DNA of 47,142 nucleotides from a virus. Its lineage: Duplodnaviria; Caudoviricetes. Positions 33,523-43,535 of the stretch are shown here, one piece after another. Both the position numbers and the translations under genes were made by a program. The stretch lies in IMG/VR virus record IMGVR_UViG_3300027790_000008, positions 1-47,142 of that record; one strand, given 5' to 3'. A model generated the notes under the pieces. It was given only the letters and a program-made list of their open reading frames with translations, did not search any database and had not been told where the DNA came from. The number at the start of each line of letters is the position of its first letter. Position 1 is the first letter of the stretch.

Positions 33523-34589
33523 TGGCTGATCGGGTTATTGAGGTTGTGAAGCGTGGGCAGTCTGGCGAGGACGGTTCGGTTGGCTTGATTTTGGTTTCTG
33601 AAAAGAGTTCTTCGTACACGGCGACGGCTGGTGAGCGCGGGTATGTTTTTCGGTGCACGGCGACGATGACGTTAGGTTTTGAGGCTGCTGCGACGTTGAC
33701 GACGGGCTGGCATTGCATGGTTCACGCGGATGGCGGGGCTGTGACGCTTGATCCGAGCGGGTTTGAGACTGTGAACGGCGCTGCGACCCATGTTGTCCCG
33801 GACGGGAGTTCTGTTCTGGTTTACACGGACGGTTCGGAGTTGTGGGCGCAGTATTTCCATTCGCAGGGATCGACGGGTCTTGGCGGCTTTCCGTCTGCGG
33901 CGGATAAGTCGATCTATTCGACGGGCGTCGGGGCTTGGGCGGAAATGGCGGTGACGTCGTTTGCGCGGACGATTCTGGACGATGCGTCTGCGTCTGCTGC
34001 ACGGACCACGCTGGGGCTTGGCGGGTTGGCGACCCTGGATATTCTGGACGAAGACGGCTTCGGGTCCGATAGCGCCACGCGCCCGCCCTCGCAGCAGTCG
34101 ACAAAGGCATACGTGGATGCCAACGCCATTTCGGTTGCGGGAACACTGACCAGCACGTCATCGGGCACATCGGTGACGTTCACGGGCCTGCCGAGCGATG
34201 TGACGAAAATCGAGATTTCTTTCATCGGCGTTTCGACCGATGGCACGGACCAGATACTTGTCCAGATCGGCGATTCCTTGGGTTACGAGACCAGCGGTTA
34301 TGACAGCGCATCCATGCAGAGCGGCGGCGACGGCGTTTCAACGTCAGGCTTCAACATTTTCCGGTCATTCGCATCCGACGCGATTTCAGGGCTAATGACC
34401 TTGGTCCTTGCGGACGCCTCTACAAACCAATGGGTGGCCAGCCACGGCGCCCGCCGGTCTGGGTCAACCGCCTGTGCCGGGGGCGGCGAAAAGGCGCTGT
34501 CGGGCACTTTGGACCGCATTCGCATACTGCCGGAGGGGTTGGACAACTTCGACGCTGGCAGTGTGAATATCCGCTACTACAGGAATTGA
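33522..34589 (+). CDS. Tail-fibre-like protein, 355 aa
   Basis: TSFARTILDDASASAARTTLGLG and PSQQSTKAYVD fibre motifs; C-terminal LDRIRI...FDAGSVNIRY domain. Confidence 0.75.
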   Translation: MADRVIEVVKRGQSGEDGSVGLILVSEKSSSYTATAGERGYVFRCTATMTLGFEAAATLTTGWHCMVHADGGAVTLDPSGFETVNGAATHVVPDGSSVLVYTDGSELWAQYFHSQGSTGLGGFPSAADKSIYSTGVGAWAEMAVTSFARTILDDASASAARTTLGLGGLATLDILDEDGFGSDSATRPPSQQSTKAYVDANAISVAGTLTSTSSGTSVTFTGLPSDVTKIEISFIGVSTDGTDQILVQIGDSLGYETSGYDSASMQSGGDGVSTSGFNIFRSFASDAISGLMTLVLADASTNQWVASHGARRSGSTACAGGGEKALSGTLDRIRILPEGLDNFDAGSVNIRYYRN

Positions 34590-34593
34590 CCCG

Positions 34594-34812
34594 ATGACAA
34601 CAGTTCGGTTCAAGCGTGGTGACACGCTGCTGATTAACTGTCTGGACACAGCCGGGGACATGACCGGAACGACTGTCGAGGCTGCGTCCTATATCCTGGC
34701 ATCTGGCGACAAGACGCTGAGCGCGACACTAGATCGGGTGCGAATCACGTCGAGCGGGTCCGATACCTTTGATGAAGGGTCAATCAACATTGCCTACACC
34801 CGCAACGGATAA
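34594..34812 (+). pseudogene. Chimeric remnant: adaptor-like start fused to a second fibre C-terminus, 72 aa
   Basis: N-terminal FKRGDT; C-terminal GDKTLSATLDRVRI...FDEGSINIAYTRN parallels the end of 33522-34589. Confidence 0.55.
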
Positions 34813-36361
34813 GCGCGAGCTCCAAAACTACCTGGGCCTGCTGGAATACGAACTCGCCTTGCAGGAGGCCGAGGACGACCTGATCCGCTTTGCCGAAGTC
34901 ACCATGCCCGATTTCCGCCGCCGGAACGACATTGCCGCCACAAAATACCACGCCTCACGGCATCACCGCGTCATGGCCGACGTCATGATGCAGATCGAGC
35001 GCGGCGAAAAACGTAAGGTTATCCTCAACTTACCGCCCCGCCATGGTAAAAGTGAGCTATGCACAAAGCGCATGGCTGCATGGTTTCATGGCCGAAATCC
35101 CGATAAGGACGTCATCATCGCCACCTACAACGAGAAGTTCGCCGCCGACTTCTCCAAAGACGTCAGGGAAGTCCTCAAATCACAGCGATTCCGGCAGGTG
35201 TTCCCGGACTATCGCCTCATTCAAAGCAGCGACGAACGCCTGAAAAACGCAGAAGGAGGTGAGATGTTCTTTCTCGGGCGCCGGTCAGCCACCACCGGAC
35301 GCGGCGGCGATCTTATCCTTGTCGATGACCCGACCAAGGACGACAAGGAAATCAAGTTCACAGCCTTCCGCGAAGATTGCTGGCAATGGTTCACCCAAAC
35401 CCTGCTCACCCGCCGGCATACCGACCGGGCCGCGATCTGCGTGACGCAAACCAGGTGGCACGAAGATGATATTGTCGGCCGCATCACCGACAGTTCAAAC
35501 CCGGCCTGGTCTCAGGAGTTCTCCGAAGGGTTCGAGGTCATCGACCTGCCCGCCATTGCCCTCGAAGACGACGTGATCGGGCGAGAACCTGGGGAAGCCC
35601 TATGGCCCGCCCGGTTCGGACGCCAGTACCTCGATGAAATGCGCGCCGCAAACCCGACCTCATTCGCCGCGCTCTATCAATGCGACCCGACCCCAGAAGA
35701 TGGCGTTTACTACAGCAAGGACGAAATCTTCGAATACGACATTGACGAGCTGCCCAAGAACCTCCGCATGTACGTCGCGTCTGATCATGCCGTCGGAACA
35801 GCCCAGCACAACGACGCAACCTGCATGATCCCGTTCGGGCTGGATGAGGACGGCTGCGCATGGGTCATGCCGCATATCGTCTGGAAGCGCCTGGACGGCA
35901 AAGCCGCCGTCGAAGAAATGCTGATGATCATCGAAAAGTACAAACCCGTCTACTGGTACGCGGAAAAGGGCCATATCTCCAAGGCAATCGGCCCGTTCCT
36001 CAGGGCGCGGATGCGGGAAACCGGCGTCTTCGTGCCCATCCTCGAAGACCACCCCGTTGCCGACAAGGAACAACGCGCCGTTTCCGCCCGCGCCCGCTGC
36101 GCACAAGGCCGCATCCGGTTCCCCCGCTTCGCCCCCTGGTGGCCCAATGCCAAGGCCGAATTGCTCAAATTCCCCAACGGACGGTTCGATGACTTCGTGG
36201 ATACCGTGTCCACGATCGGCAACCGCCTCGCCACGCATACAAACGCCACGCACATTCGACGCAAGCCGACCAACAAACCCGGAACATTCGGGCATCTGTT
36301 GGCGCAGTTCAAGCGAGACGATGCCGCCGCCCGCGCCGCCAAAGCGCGATCCGGTTGGTGA
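34769..36361 (+). CDS. terL: Terminase large subunit (start may be 34772 or TTG 34790)
   Basis: Walker A LPPRHGKS, TGRGGDLILVDDP, QTRWHEDD, nuclease ASDHA and FPNGRFDDFVD. Confidence 0.95.
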   Translation: MMKGQSTLPTPATDKRELQNYLGLLEYELALQEAEDDLIRFAEVTMPDFRRRNDIAATKYHASRHHRVMADVMMQIERGEKRKVILNLPPRHGKSELCTKRMAAWFHGRNPDKDVIIATYNEKFAADFSKDVREVLKSQRFRQVFPDYRLIQSSDERLKNAEGGEMFFLGRRSATTGRGGDLILVDDPTKDDKEIKFTAFREDCWQWFTQTLLTRRHTDRAAICVTQTRWHEDDIVGRITDSSNPAWSQEFSEGFEVIDLPAIALEDDVIGREPGEALWPARFGRQYLDEMRAANPTSFAALYQCDPTPEDGVYYSKDEIFEYDIDELPKNLRMYVASDHAVGTAQHNDATCMIPFGLDEDGCAWVMPHIVWKRLDGKAAVEEMLMIIEKYKPVYWYAEKGHISKAIGPFLRARMRETGVFVPILEDHPVADKEQRAVSARARCAQGRIRFPRFAPWWPNAKAELLKFPNGRFDDFVDTVSTIGNRLATHTNATHIRRKPTNKPGTFGHLLAQFKRDDAAARAAKARSGW

Positions 36362-36363
36362 AG

Positions 36364-36378
36364 TTGGTGTTTTTGGTG
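36364..36378 (+). promoter_or_regulatory. TTGGTGTTTTTGGTG motif upstream of the portal gene
   Basis: Exact copy followed by TAGCAT. Confidence 0.7.
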
Positions 36379-36393
36379 TAGCATCCGCTCAAA

Positions 36394-38421
36394 ATGAGGA
36401 CCGACATGGAAGATCACGAAACGCCGGAAGCCCGCAAGCAGCGCATCGCAAACCTGTGCAGCATGGTCGAGGCCGACAAGAAGCATTGGGAATACGCCTT
36501 CAAGCGTATGCGCAACTGGCGCCGCTTCGCCCGCGGTCTTCAATGGCCGGGGATGACGAAAGGCGAACTGTCCGACTCCGAGCGGGAATATGTCGCCAAC
36601 ATCACCATGCGTCACCTGAAACAGCGCACCGCATCGGTCTATGCCCGCAACCCCGATTTCCGATTCCGCAAGACCAAGCGCCTCAATACGATCTATTGGG
36701 ACGGCACCGCCGCATCCCTCATGTTCGCCCAGCAGCAACTCATGGCCGACCCCAACAACATCGAGGCCACCCTGATCCTGCAAGAAGCCATGCAGAGCCG
36801 GGCCAACAGCCAAATGCTCGACAAGATCGGGGAAACAGCGACCGTCCTCTACAAGTACTTTTTCCGGGAGCAAATCCCCCCGGTCAAGAAAATGATGAAA
36901 AAACAGGTGCTTGCGTCATTCACTGACGGGACGTCCTACATCAAGCAAACCTTCCAGCGCGCCACGTCCCTTCCCCCGGAGATTGACCGGGCACTGGCCG
37001 ACCAAATGTCTCAACTCGCCGCGCTTGAGCGCATGACCGAGGATATGGCCGAAGGCGAAATCGAACCCAACAGCGCCGAAATGGAAGAACTCAAGGAGCG
37101 GATCACCGCCCTCGAAAACAGCGAACACATCATTCTTCGCGAAGGACTCGCCCTCGACTATCCCGACGGGACCAGCATCATCCCGGACCGGAACCTGACA
37201 TACCTGCCGGGGTTCGTCGGCTGCGGGCACGTCACCGAGGAATACTGCCTCACCCCCGAGCAAATCCGCGAAGTCTACGGCATCAACGTGAAGGAAAACT
37301 TCACCGCCTACACGGATCGCGGACCCGAAAGGGATTCCGGGGCAAACAACGATACCGACGGGCGCACCACCGCCCGCGTCTGGGAAATCTGGGACCGGGC
37401 CGCAAACACCGTCTGCACCGTCTGCGAAGGGTACGACGATTACCTCGAAGAACCGCACGAACCCCTGACCTATACCGAACGGTTCTGGCCGTGGTTCGTC
37501 TACGCGCCGAACGCCATTGCCGACGATGAAGACCCGTTCCCGCCGTCCGACGTGGAACTGATCCAGTGTCAGCAGATGGAAATCAACCGTTCCGGCGAAA
37601 GTCTGCGCGAACACCGCTATGCCAGCCGCCCAGGATGGGTGACAGGCTCCGCAGTCAGCGATGAAGACGGGGCGAAACTCGCCAACCGCAACGCGCATGA
37701 CGTCGTTGCCCTCGAAGGCATGGGGCCGGATGAAGACATTCGCAAGCGGTTCCAGCCCTTCCCGACCAACCCGATCGACCCGAACCTCTACAATACCACC
37801 CCGGCCTTCACCGACATTCTGCGCTCCGTCGGAACACAGGAAGCCAACCTTGGCGGAACGTCCGGGGCCACGGCAACCGAATCCAGCATCGCAGAAAGCA
37901 GCCGTCAATCCGTCACGTCGTCAGCCATTGACGAACTCGATGACCTTCTGACGGAAATGGCCCGCGCCGGTGGGCAGATACTCATGCTCGAAATGTCGCC
38001 CGAAAAGGTGAAGGAAATTGTCGGACCAGGCGCGGTATGGCCTGAACAATCCCGCGAGCAGACCGCCAAGGAAGTCTTTCTTGAAGTGGTCGCGGGCTCT
38101 GCCGGCCGTCCGAACCAGACGCAGGAAGTCCAGATCCGCGAACGCATGTATCCGCTCCTGTTCCAGCTTCCCGGCCTGAGCCATGAAATGATGGTCAAGG
38201 ATGCGCTGCGAGTGCTGGACGATGGCGTTGATTATGAGGACTGGATTGACATGACCGCCCTGCCCGTCGTGGCAATGAACGGCCAGATGCAGGCTGAGGC
38301 AAACCGTGGGAGCATGGAAGGCGAGGGAGGCGGGGCATCCAATGCGCCAAACCCGCCCGAACCTGGCAATGCAGGACCGGCCCGGCCCGGCCAGCAAGGC
38401 ATGGGCGACCCCAATATGTGA
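36394..38421 (+). CDS. Portal protein (start possibly 36406)
   Basis: Size and position after TerL; helical protein with QQMEINR and GATATE..I portal-type motifs. Confidence 0.85.
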   Translation: MRTDMEDHETPEARKQRIANLCSMVEADKKHWEYAFKRMRNWRRFARGLQWPGMTKGELSDSEREYVANITMRHLKQRTASVYARNPDFRFRKTKRLNTIYWDGTAASLMFAQQQLMADPNNIEATLILQEAMQSRANSQMLDKIGETATVLYKYFFREQIPPVKKMMKKQVLASFTDGTSYIKQTFQRATSLPPEIDRALADQMSQLAALERMTEDMAEGEIEPNSAEMEELKERITALENSEHIILREGLALDYPDGTSIIPDRNLTYLPGFVGCGHVTEEYCLTPEQIREVYGINVKENFTAYTDRGPERDSGANNDTDGRTTARVWEIWDRAANTVCTVCEGYDDYLEEPHEPLTYTERFWPWFVYAPNAIADDEDPFPPSDVELIQCQQMEINRSGESLREHRYASRPGWVTGSAVSDEDGAKLANRNAHDVVALEGMGPDEDIRKRFQPFPTNPIDPNLYNTTPAFTDILRSVGTQEANLGGTSGATATESSIAESSRQSVTSSAIDELDDLLTEMARAGGQILMLEMSPEKVKEIVGPGAVWPEQSREQTAKEVFLEVVAGSAGRPNQTQEVQIRERMYPLLFQLPGLSHEMMVKDALRVLDDGVDYEDWIDMTALPVVAMNGQMQAEANRGSMEGEGGGASNAPNPPEPGNAGPARPGQQGMGDPNM

Positions 38422-38433
38422 TTTCTTTCCGGT

Positions 38434-38448
38434 TTGGTGTTTTTGGTG
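38434..38448 (+). promoter_or_regulatory. TTGGTGTTTTTGGTG motif upstream of scaffold/capsid genes
   Basis: Exact copy followed by TATAGAT. Confidence 0.7.
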
Positions 38449-38484
38449 TATAGATGATGCCGACAACACCAGGAAAGGGAAGTC

Positions 38485-39612
38485 ATGTCGGACGATTTTC
38501 AAGATGACGAACTGACGGCGGACACCGTAAGCGTCACCGAAAACACCGAGACCGGGGTAGACCCGGAGGCGGAACAGGCATCCTCGCCAGATGAGACGGA
38601 TGGCGGGTCATCGTCAGACCCGGCGGAATCGGACAAGGGAACTGCGGAGGCAATCCGCGACGAGTTCCTGAAAAAGTACGGAGAACCCGAAACTGACCCG
38701 GAGGCGGATACCCCCGAGGCCAAGGACGGCGATACGGACGAAGACGATCCCGAGCGCGATAAGGCGTCCGAGAGCAAAGACAGCAACGATGATGATGGCG
38801 AAGACGAGAAGTTTCGCATTTCTGACAAGGATTTCAAAGCCTTGCCGGAAAATGTGCGGAACCGCCTCGGGCATCTGAACACGCGGGCCAAGCGCGCCGA
38901 GAGAAAGGCCACGGAATACGAGGCCGAACTTGAAGCCACGCGGGTATCGCATGAGCGGATGAACGATCTGGAAACCTTTGTTCGTGAAAACCGGATCGAA
39001 ACGGAGAACATGAGCAAGGCGTTCAAGATGATGGCCCAACTTTCAAAGGGCGATTATCAGGGGTTCCTCACCGAGATTTCTCCATTCGTGCAGATGGCGC
39101 AGCAGGCTTCCGGGGAGGTCATCGCGGATGATCTTGTCGCGCAGGTCGAAGACGGCGCTATCAGCGAGCAGGCCGCACGGGATCTGACCCGTCAGCGCGC
39201 CCAAGCCCAACGCCTTGAGGCCGAGAACCGGCGCTTGCAGCAGGAAAGCGCAGCGCAGGTTGAGCAGCAGAACGCCGCCGCGTCTCAAAGCCAGATCGTC
39301 AATGCAGTCGCCAGCCGTGAACGGCATTACAGCTCTACGGACCCGGATTACGCCCTGAAACGAGAGGCAATCGGGAACTTCGTGAAAACGGTGCTGAGCA
39401 ATGGCGGGATACCCAAATCCGCCGAACAGGCCGCGCGGATCGTTGACGACGCACATGCGTTTGTCAGCCAGACATTCCGCCGGCCCGAGCCACGCACCGC
39501 AACACCGAGACGACCGAATGCCACCACTCCATCACGCGGGCGGCGCGAACCGGTGACAACCAAGGACGTCATCACCGACGCGCTTCTGGAAGGTATGCCC
39601 GCACAGGCATAA
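38485..39612 (+). CDS. Capsid scaffolding protein
   Basis: Acidic disordered N-terminus plus coiled coil; lies between portal and capsid. Confidence 0.75.
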   Translation: MSDDFQDDELTADTVSVTENTETGVDPEAEQASSPDETDGGSSSDPAESDKGTAEAIRDEFLKKYGEPETDPEADTPEAKDGDTDEDDPERDKASESKDSNDDDGEDEKFRISDKDFKALPENVRNRLGHLNTRAKRAERKATEYEAELEATRVSHERMNDLETFVRENRIETENMSKAFKMMAQLSKGDYQGFLTEISPFVQMAQQASGEVIADDLVAQVEDGAISEQAARDLTRQRAQAQRLEAENRRLQQESAAQVEQQNAAASQSQIVNAVASRERHYSSTDPDYALKREAIGNFVKTVLSNGGIPKSAEQAARIVDDAHAFVSQTFRRPEPRTATPRRPNATTPSRGRREPVTTKDVITDALLEGMPAQA

Positions 39613-39623
39613 GGAACTGAAAA

Positions 39624-40724
39624 ATGTCTATGGAAGGTTTCAGCGCGGCGCAGATCGCCCACGCACAAGCCACCGGTCTCGATCACTATGTTCGCGGAAC
39701 TCTGTTCCAGAACGGCATTCAGGAGAAGCCGCTTCTGGCAAAGTTCGAGGCTTCCGGGAAAAGTTTCCCCGGCGGCAACGAGAACATTTCCATCGGGGTC
39801 AAGATGGACAATGGAGCGGACGGCACGAATGACAGCGTGACCGGCTTCTCGCACACCGATACCGTGAACTTCTACAACCCCGGCAAGGGGAAGCGCGCTG
39901 CCTACACCTGGCGCGAGCATCACATTGGCATGACCATGAGCGAAACCGAGCTCAAGCGTCATGGCATCCTTGTTGATGACAAGTTCTCGGGCAAGACGCG
40001 CCGCCGTGGCGATCGCGGGCTGCACATTCTCGCAAATGTGCTGGACGAGGCGCTGGCGGACTTCGCAGAACAGTATGCGGACACCATGAACACCCTCATG
40101 TGGGGCGATGGCACGGCCGACACTTCTGCGCTGCACGGTCTGCGTTCGTTTATCCTCGACATTCCCACGCTGGGAACCGTCGGCGGTCTGTCGAACGTGT
40201 CCTATGCCAAGTGGCGGAACCGGGCCTATACCGCGGCATTCGCAGCGGACGGCTCCTACGATGCCACCTATGGCGGGAACAAGGTCACGTCGGCAGCGAC
40301 CAATGGCGGCGTTCTCTTGCAGGTGTTGCAGAACGAGTGGCGTCAGCTTCGTCGCTACGGTGGCCGGCCGGATTGCTTCTACGCGGGTTCGGATTTCATC
40401 GACGCGATGGAAGTCGAAATGCGCGCAAACGGCAACTATTCCGACACCGGGTTCACCAAGGCCCAGGACGGGGCAATGGGCGAAATGATGTTCAAGGGCA
40501 CGAAGGTCATCTACGACCCGACGCTGGATGACCTTGGGCGCGCGAAATTCGCCTACATCTGGGATAGCCGGGACATCTTCCTGAACAAGCTGGAAGGCGA
40601 TTGGAAGCGTCAGCGCACTCCGGCCCGCCCCTACGATCAGTTCGTGTTCCATCAGTCGTTGCTCTGCACCGGCCAGATGGTTGCACGGCGCCGGAACTCG
40701 TCTCTGGTGGTCGAAATCAACTGA
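39624..40724 (+). CDS. Major capsid protein, 366 aa
   Basis: Position and size; LMWGDGT...LHGL and TVGGLS...WRN HK97-fold motifs; downstream hairpin. Confidence 0.88.
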   Translation: MSMEGFSAAQIAHAQATGLDHYVRGTLFQNGIQEKPLLAKFEASGKSFPGGNENISIGVKMDNGADGTNDSVTGFSHTDTVNFYNPGKGKRAAYTWREHHIGMTMSETELKRHGILVDDKFSGKTRRRGDRGLHILANVLDEALADFAEQYADTMNTLMWGDGTADTSALHGLRSFILDIPTLGTVGGLSNVSYAKWRNRAYTAAFAADGSYDATYGGNKVTSAATNGGVLLQVLQNEWRQLRRYGGRPDCFYAGSDFIDAMEVEMRANGNYSDTGFTKAQDGAMGEMMFKGTKVIYDPTLDDLGRAKFAYIWDSRDIFLNKLEGDWKRQRTPARPYDQFVFHQSLLCTGQMVARRRNSSLVVEIN

Positions 40725-40727
40725 ACC

Positions 40728-40750
40728 GGGCGGGGCTTCGGCCCCGTCCA
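40728..40750 (+). terminator. Hairpin after the major capsid gene (weak terminator or stabiliser)
   Basis: GGGCGGGGC-TTCG-GCCCCGTCC, no U-tract. Confidence 0.45.
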
Positions 40751-40768
40751 CCACCCCAAGGAGGAATC

Positions 40769-41221
40769 ATGGACCTGATTCAATGCACTGTGGAACTCAC
40801 CCCGGAAGATGGCGGCGTCGTGCTTACCGAGATTGTCAAATCCGGGCCGGATGCACTAACGCCGGCAGAAGCGGCCATTCTCATGTTCAAGCTGGGCGGT
40901 GGGGTTGGCATTCCGATCAAGAATGCAACCGTCGTTGGGCAGATTGACCGACACAAGCGCGTCGAACTGGCCCGCCTTCTTAACAAGTATGGGCGCGAAA
41001 TCGTGCAGACCGTCATCCCGATGATTTCCTCCATGCCTGTCACGCTGGACGATCTGGAATTGCCACCGGAAAACCGTGGCAGTTCCGTGACACCCGAGGA
41101 ACGGCTTCGCGCCGAAATCGAACGGCTTGGCTCTACCGTCCCGAAAGGCAAACTGTCGATTGCCGATCTTGAGGCTCTGCTTGCAGAAGCGCGGGCCGAA
41201 AAAGACGACAAGGCTGCCTGA
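40769..41221 (+). CDS. Hypothetical virion-associated protein, 150 aa
   Basis: AAGGAGG RBS before ATG 40769. Confidence 0.7.
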   Translation: MDLIQCTVELTPEDGGVVLTEIVKSGPDALTPAEAAILMFKLGGGVGIPIKNATVVGQIDRHKRVELARLLNKYGREIVQTVIPMISSMPVTLDDLELPPENRGSSVTPEERLRAEIERLGSTVPKGKLSIADLEALLAEARAEKDDKAA

Positions 41222-41913
41222 TGCGCAGCGGGATCACACTCGCGACGCTCCGCAAGGAAGTCATGATCGAGGCCGGTTTCTCCACGGAGACCGGCCATGC
41301 TGTTCATTCTGCGGAGCGGTTGCGGCATCTGTTGCAGCGCACCGAACGGGTGATGGCAACAATGGACGATTGGCCCGGCATCCACTTCGAGGAAGAAGTA
41401 GCGGTTTCGGCGGATGCGCAGTATGTGACCCTGCCGACCAATATCAGCTTCACCGAAATCGACACCGTGCACGTCGCGTTTGGCGACGAGTGGCTTCCCG
41501 TCACGCAGGGAATTGGTGCGATGGAGCGGAGCGTCTACGACGACACTCAGCGGGCCACCCCTATTCGTCGGTGGGAAGTGACCGCCGGGGCAACCACCAC
41601 ATTCGAGGTCTGGCCGATCGGGGCCACGGCGCAGACGCTTCTGTTCACCGGGGCGAAGAAACTTGGTGCCTTTGTTGACGATGACGATACCTGCACCCTC
41701 GATGCGGACGTTCTTGTTCTGCGCGTTGCGGCTGAAATCCTTGGCCGTGACCGGAAAGAAGACGCCGCCCTGAAACTGGAAACCGCCCGCACCCTGACAA
41801 ACCAGATCACCAAGAAGCAAGGTGTTCTCAAGCGGGGCAACATCAACCTTGGTCGTCGCCGCACAGTCAACTTGCGTCCGGGGATCGACTACATCGCGCC
41901 GGGATCGGTATGA
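41221..41913 (+). CDS. Head-tail adaptor (tail tubular protein A-like)
   Basis: Position and size; TLATLRKEV start, DWP and EVWP motifs. Confidence 0.7.
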   Translation: MRSGITLATLRKEVMIEAGFSTETGHAVHSAERLRHLLQRTERVMATMDDWPGIHFEEEVAVSADAQYVTLPTNISFTEIDTVHVAFGDEWLPVTQGIGAMERSVYDDTQRATPIRRWEVTAGATTTFEVWPIGATAQTLLFTGAKKLGAFVDDDDTCTLDADVLVLRVAAEILGRDRKEDAALKLETARTLTNQITKKQGVLKRGNINLGRRRTVNLRPGIDYIAPGSV

Positions 41914-43535
41914 GTTACTACGTCATTGAGAACTTCGCCAATGGCGTCGATGTACGCCGCAGTCAGGAAGTGGCCCCAGCGGGGTCTCTTCGCGTTTTGA
42001 GCAATGCCTTCATCAACGAGGGCGGCGAGATTCAGAAGCGGCAGGCTTTCTCTCTTGAGGCCACCCTGACCGACTATGCGCAGTCCACCTATTACAAGGG
42101 CCGGATCACCGGGCCTCACACGGTTCCAGGCTATCCTGACAGCGCGTTTTTCCGGCATCGGCATGACAGCCTTCCCGGCGGATCATGGTCATCTGGCGCC
42201 GGGTCAGTTGCAGAAAGCTATTCTGTCGGCAGCGGGTATTCCGCCATGACCTTCTGGGCCATGAAGTCCACGATCGCGCTTTCGAACTTCGGGGCGCTGA
42301 TGGCCGCCGCAAATTACAGCGAGTTTTCATCAACGGGGTATGTGGTCGAGCAGCACGTCCAATCGTCGGACTATGAATACACTCAGGATCATGTCAGCGT
42401 GGCCTTCACCGGTGGCGAGCCCACAGCCGAGTCTCTGGTTTCCGCGAACAATGACCGTGACTACCAGATGACGCTGGACGGCAAGGGGTATGTGATCGAG
42501 GGCAACACCCTGTACGCCTCTGCCGTTGACGATGCAACGGACATGGCTGGCACCGGGTCTGGAAGCCTTCTCATGACGTCCAAGGGGCGCCCGATCGGGA
42601 ACGCCATGTCGCTTGGGGATTACTACGGGCAGCTTGCCGTGTTCGGGCGGCGCGGGGTCCAGTTCTACACCGTCGATCCTGACTTTTCCCTGACGCAGTA
42701 TCAGCGCACGGTTCCCATATCGTTGTTCGCGCCGCGTTCCGTGACCGGCTTTGGCGATGGCGACGTGATTTTCATGGGGTATGACGGGCTGCGCTCCCTG
42801 CAAGCCAGAGACAGTTCAAACCTTGCGGCCGTGTCCGACATTGGTTCCCCGATCGACAGGCTGATCAAGGCGGAAATAGAGTACGGGGATGCAGATCAGG
42901 AGCCGTTGTTTTCCAGCGCCGCCGCCGACCGCTCGAATGCGGATTACTACAATCTCGCCAAGGGCGTCGTCCACCCGCAGAATGGACAGTTCTGGCTGTT
43001 CCTCAAGGACAAGGTGTTCGTCCTGTCCCGCCACCCCGCCGCAAGGGTACTGGCATGGTCTTCCTACGATCTGCCGACGCCCGCCGTGGCGAACTACAGC
43101 GACCGCAACGGGCGCCTCAAAGGTCGGTGGTGCGCGGACGTTTGCACCGTCGGACAGACTATCGTTTTCCGAAACTTTGCAGATGAAGTCTACATTTACG
43201 GCGGGTCAGACGGGGGCGCATATGACGGGGCGACCGCAGAAGCCATTACGCCGTTCATGGACATGGGGCAGCCTGGGCACAACAAATCCTTCACCGGGAT
43301 CGACGTGGTTTGCGAAGGGGAGTGGAGCATTGAGGCATCCGTAAATCCGTCGCCAGATGATGTGGCAACGGCGTGGGCCCCGGTGGCGACCGTGAACAAC
43401 AGCACCCGAGGGCAGTACCGGGTTCCGATGGACATGCAGGGTACGCAGATCGCGCTGCGCCTGACGTCCGCCAGCGAGTACGCCGCCCGCGTCGGGCAGA
43501 TCGTGATCTACTATGACGGGGGTGCGGAGAAGTGA
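41910..43535 (+). CDS. Tail nozzle (tail tubular protein B / stabilisation protein-like)
   Basis: NFANGVD...NAFINEGGEIQKR start; beta-propeller-type composition; AWSSY motif. Confidence 0.75.
   Translation: MSYYVIENFANGVDVRRSQEVAPAGSLRVLSNAFINEGGEIQKRQAFSLEATLTDYAQSTYYKGRITGPHTVPGYPDSAFFRHRHDSLPGGSWSSGAGSVAESYSVGSGYSAMTFWAMKSTIALSNFGALMAAANYSEFSSTGYVVEQHVQSSDYEYTQDHVSVAFTGGEPTAESLVSANNDRDYQMTLDGKGYVIEGNTLYASAVDDATDMAGTGSGSLLMTSKGRPIGNAMSLGDYYGQLAVFGRRGVQFYTVDPDFSLTQYQRTVPISLFAPRSVTGFGDGDVIFMGYDGLRSLQARDSSNLAAVSDIGSPIDRLIKAEIEYGDADQEPLFSSAAADRSNADYYNLAKGVVHPQNGQFWLFLKDKVFVLSRHPAARVLAWSSYDLPTPAVANYSDRNGRLKGRWCADVCTVGQTIVFRNFADEVYIYGGSDGGAYDGATAEAITPFMDMGQPGHNKSFTGIDVVCEGEWSIEASVNPSPDDVATAWAPVATVNNSTRGQYRVPMDMQGTQIALRLTSASEYAARVGQIVIYYDGGAEK

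Noticed and set aside
34480-34812. Diversity-generating retroelement TR/VR pair
   Set aside because: No reverse transcriptase in the genome, and the differences between the two fibre ends are not adenine-specific.
39348-41820. 468-aa and 346-aa minus-strand ORFs
   Set aside because: Antisense shadows of the capsid and adaptor genes.
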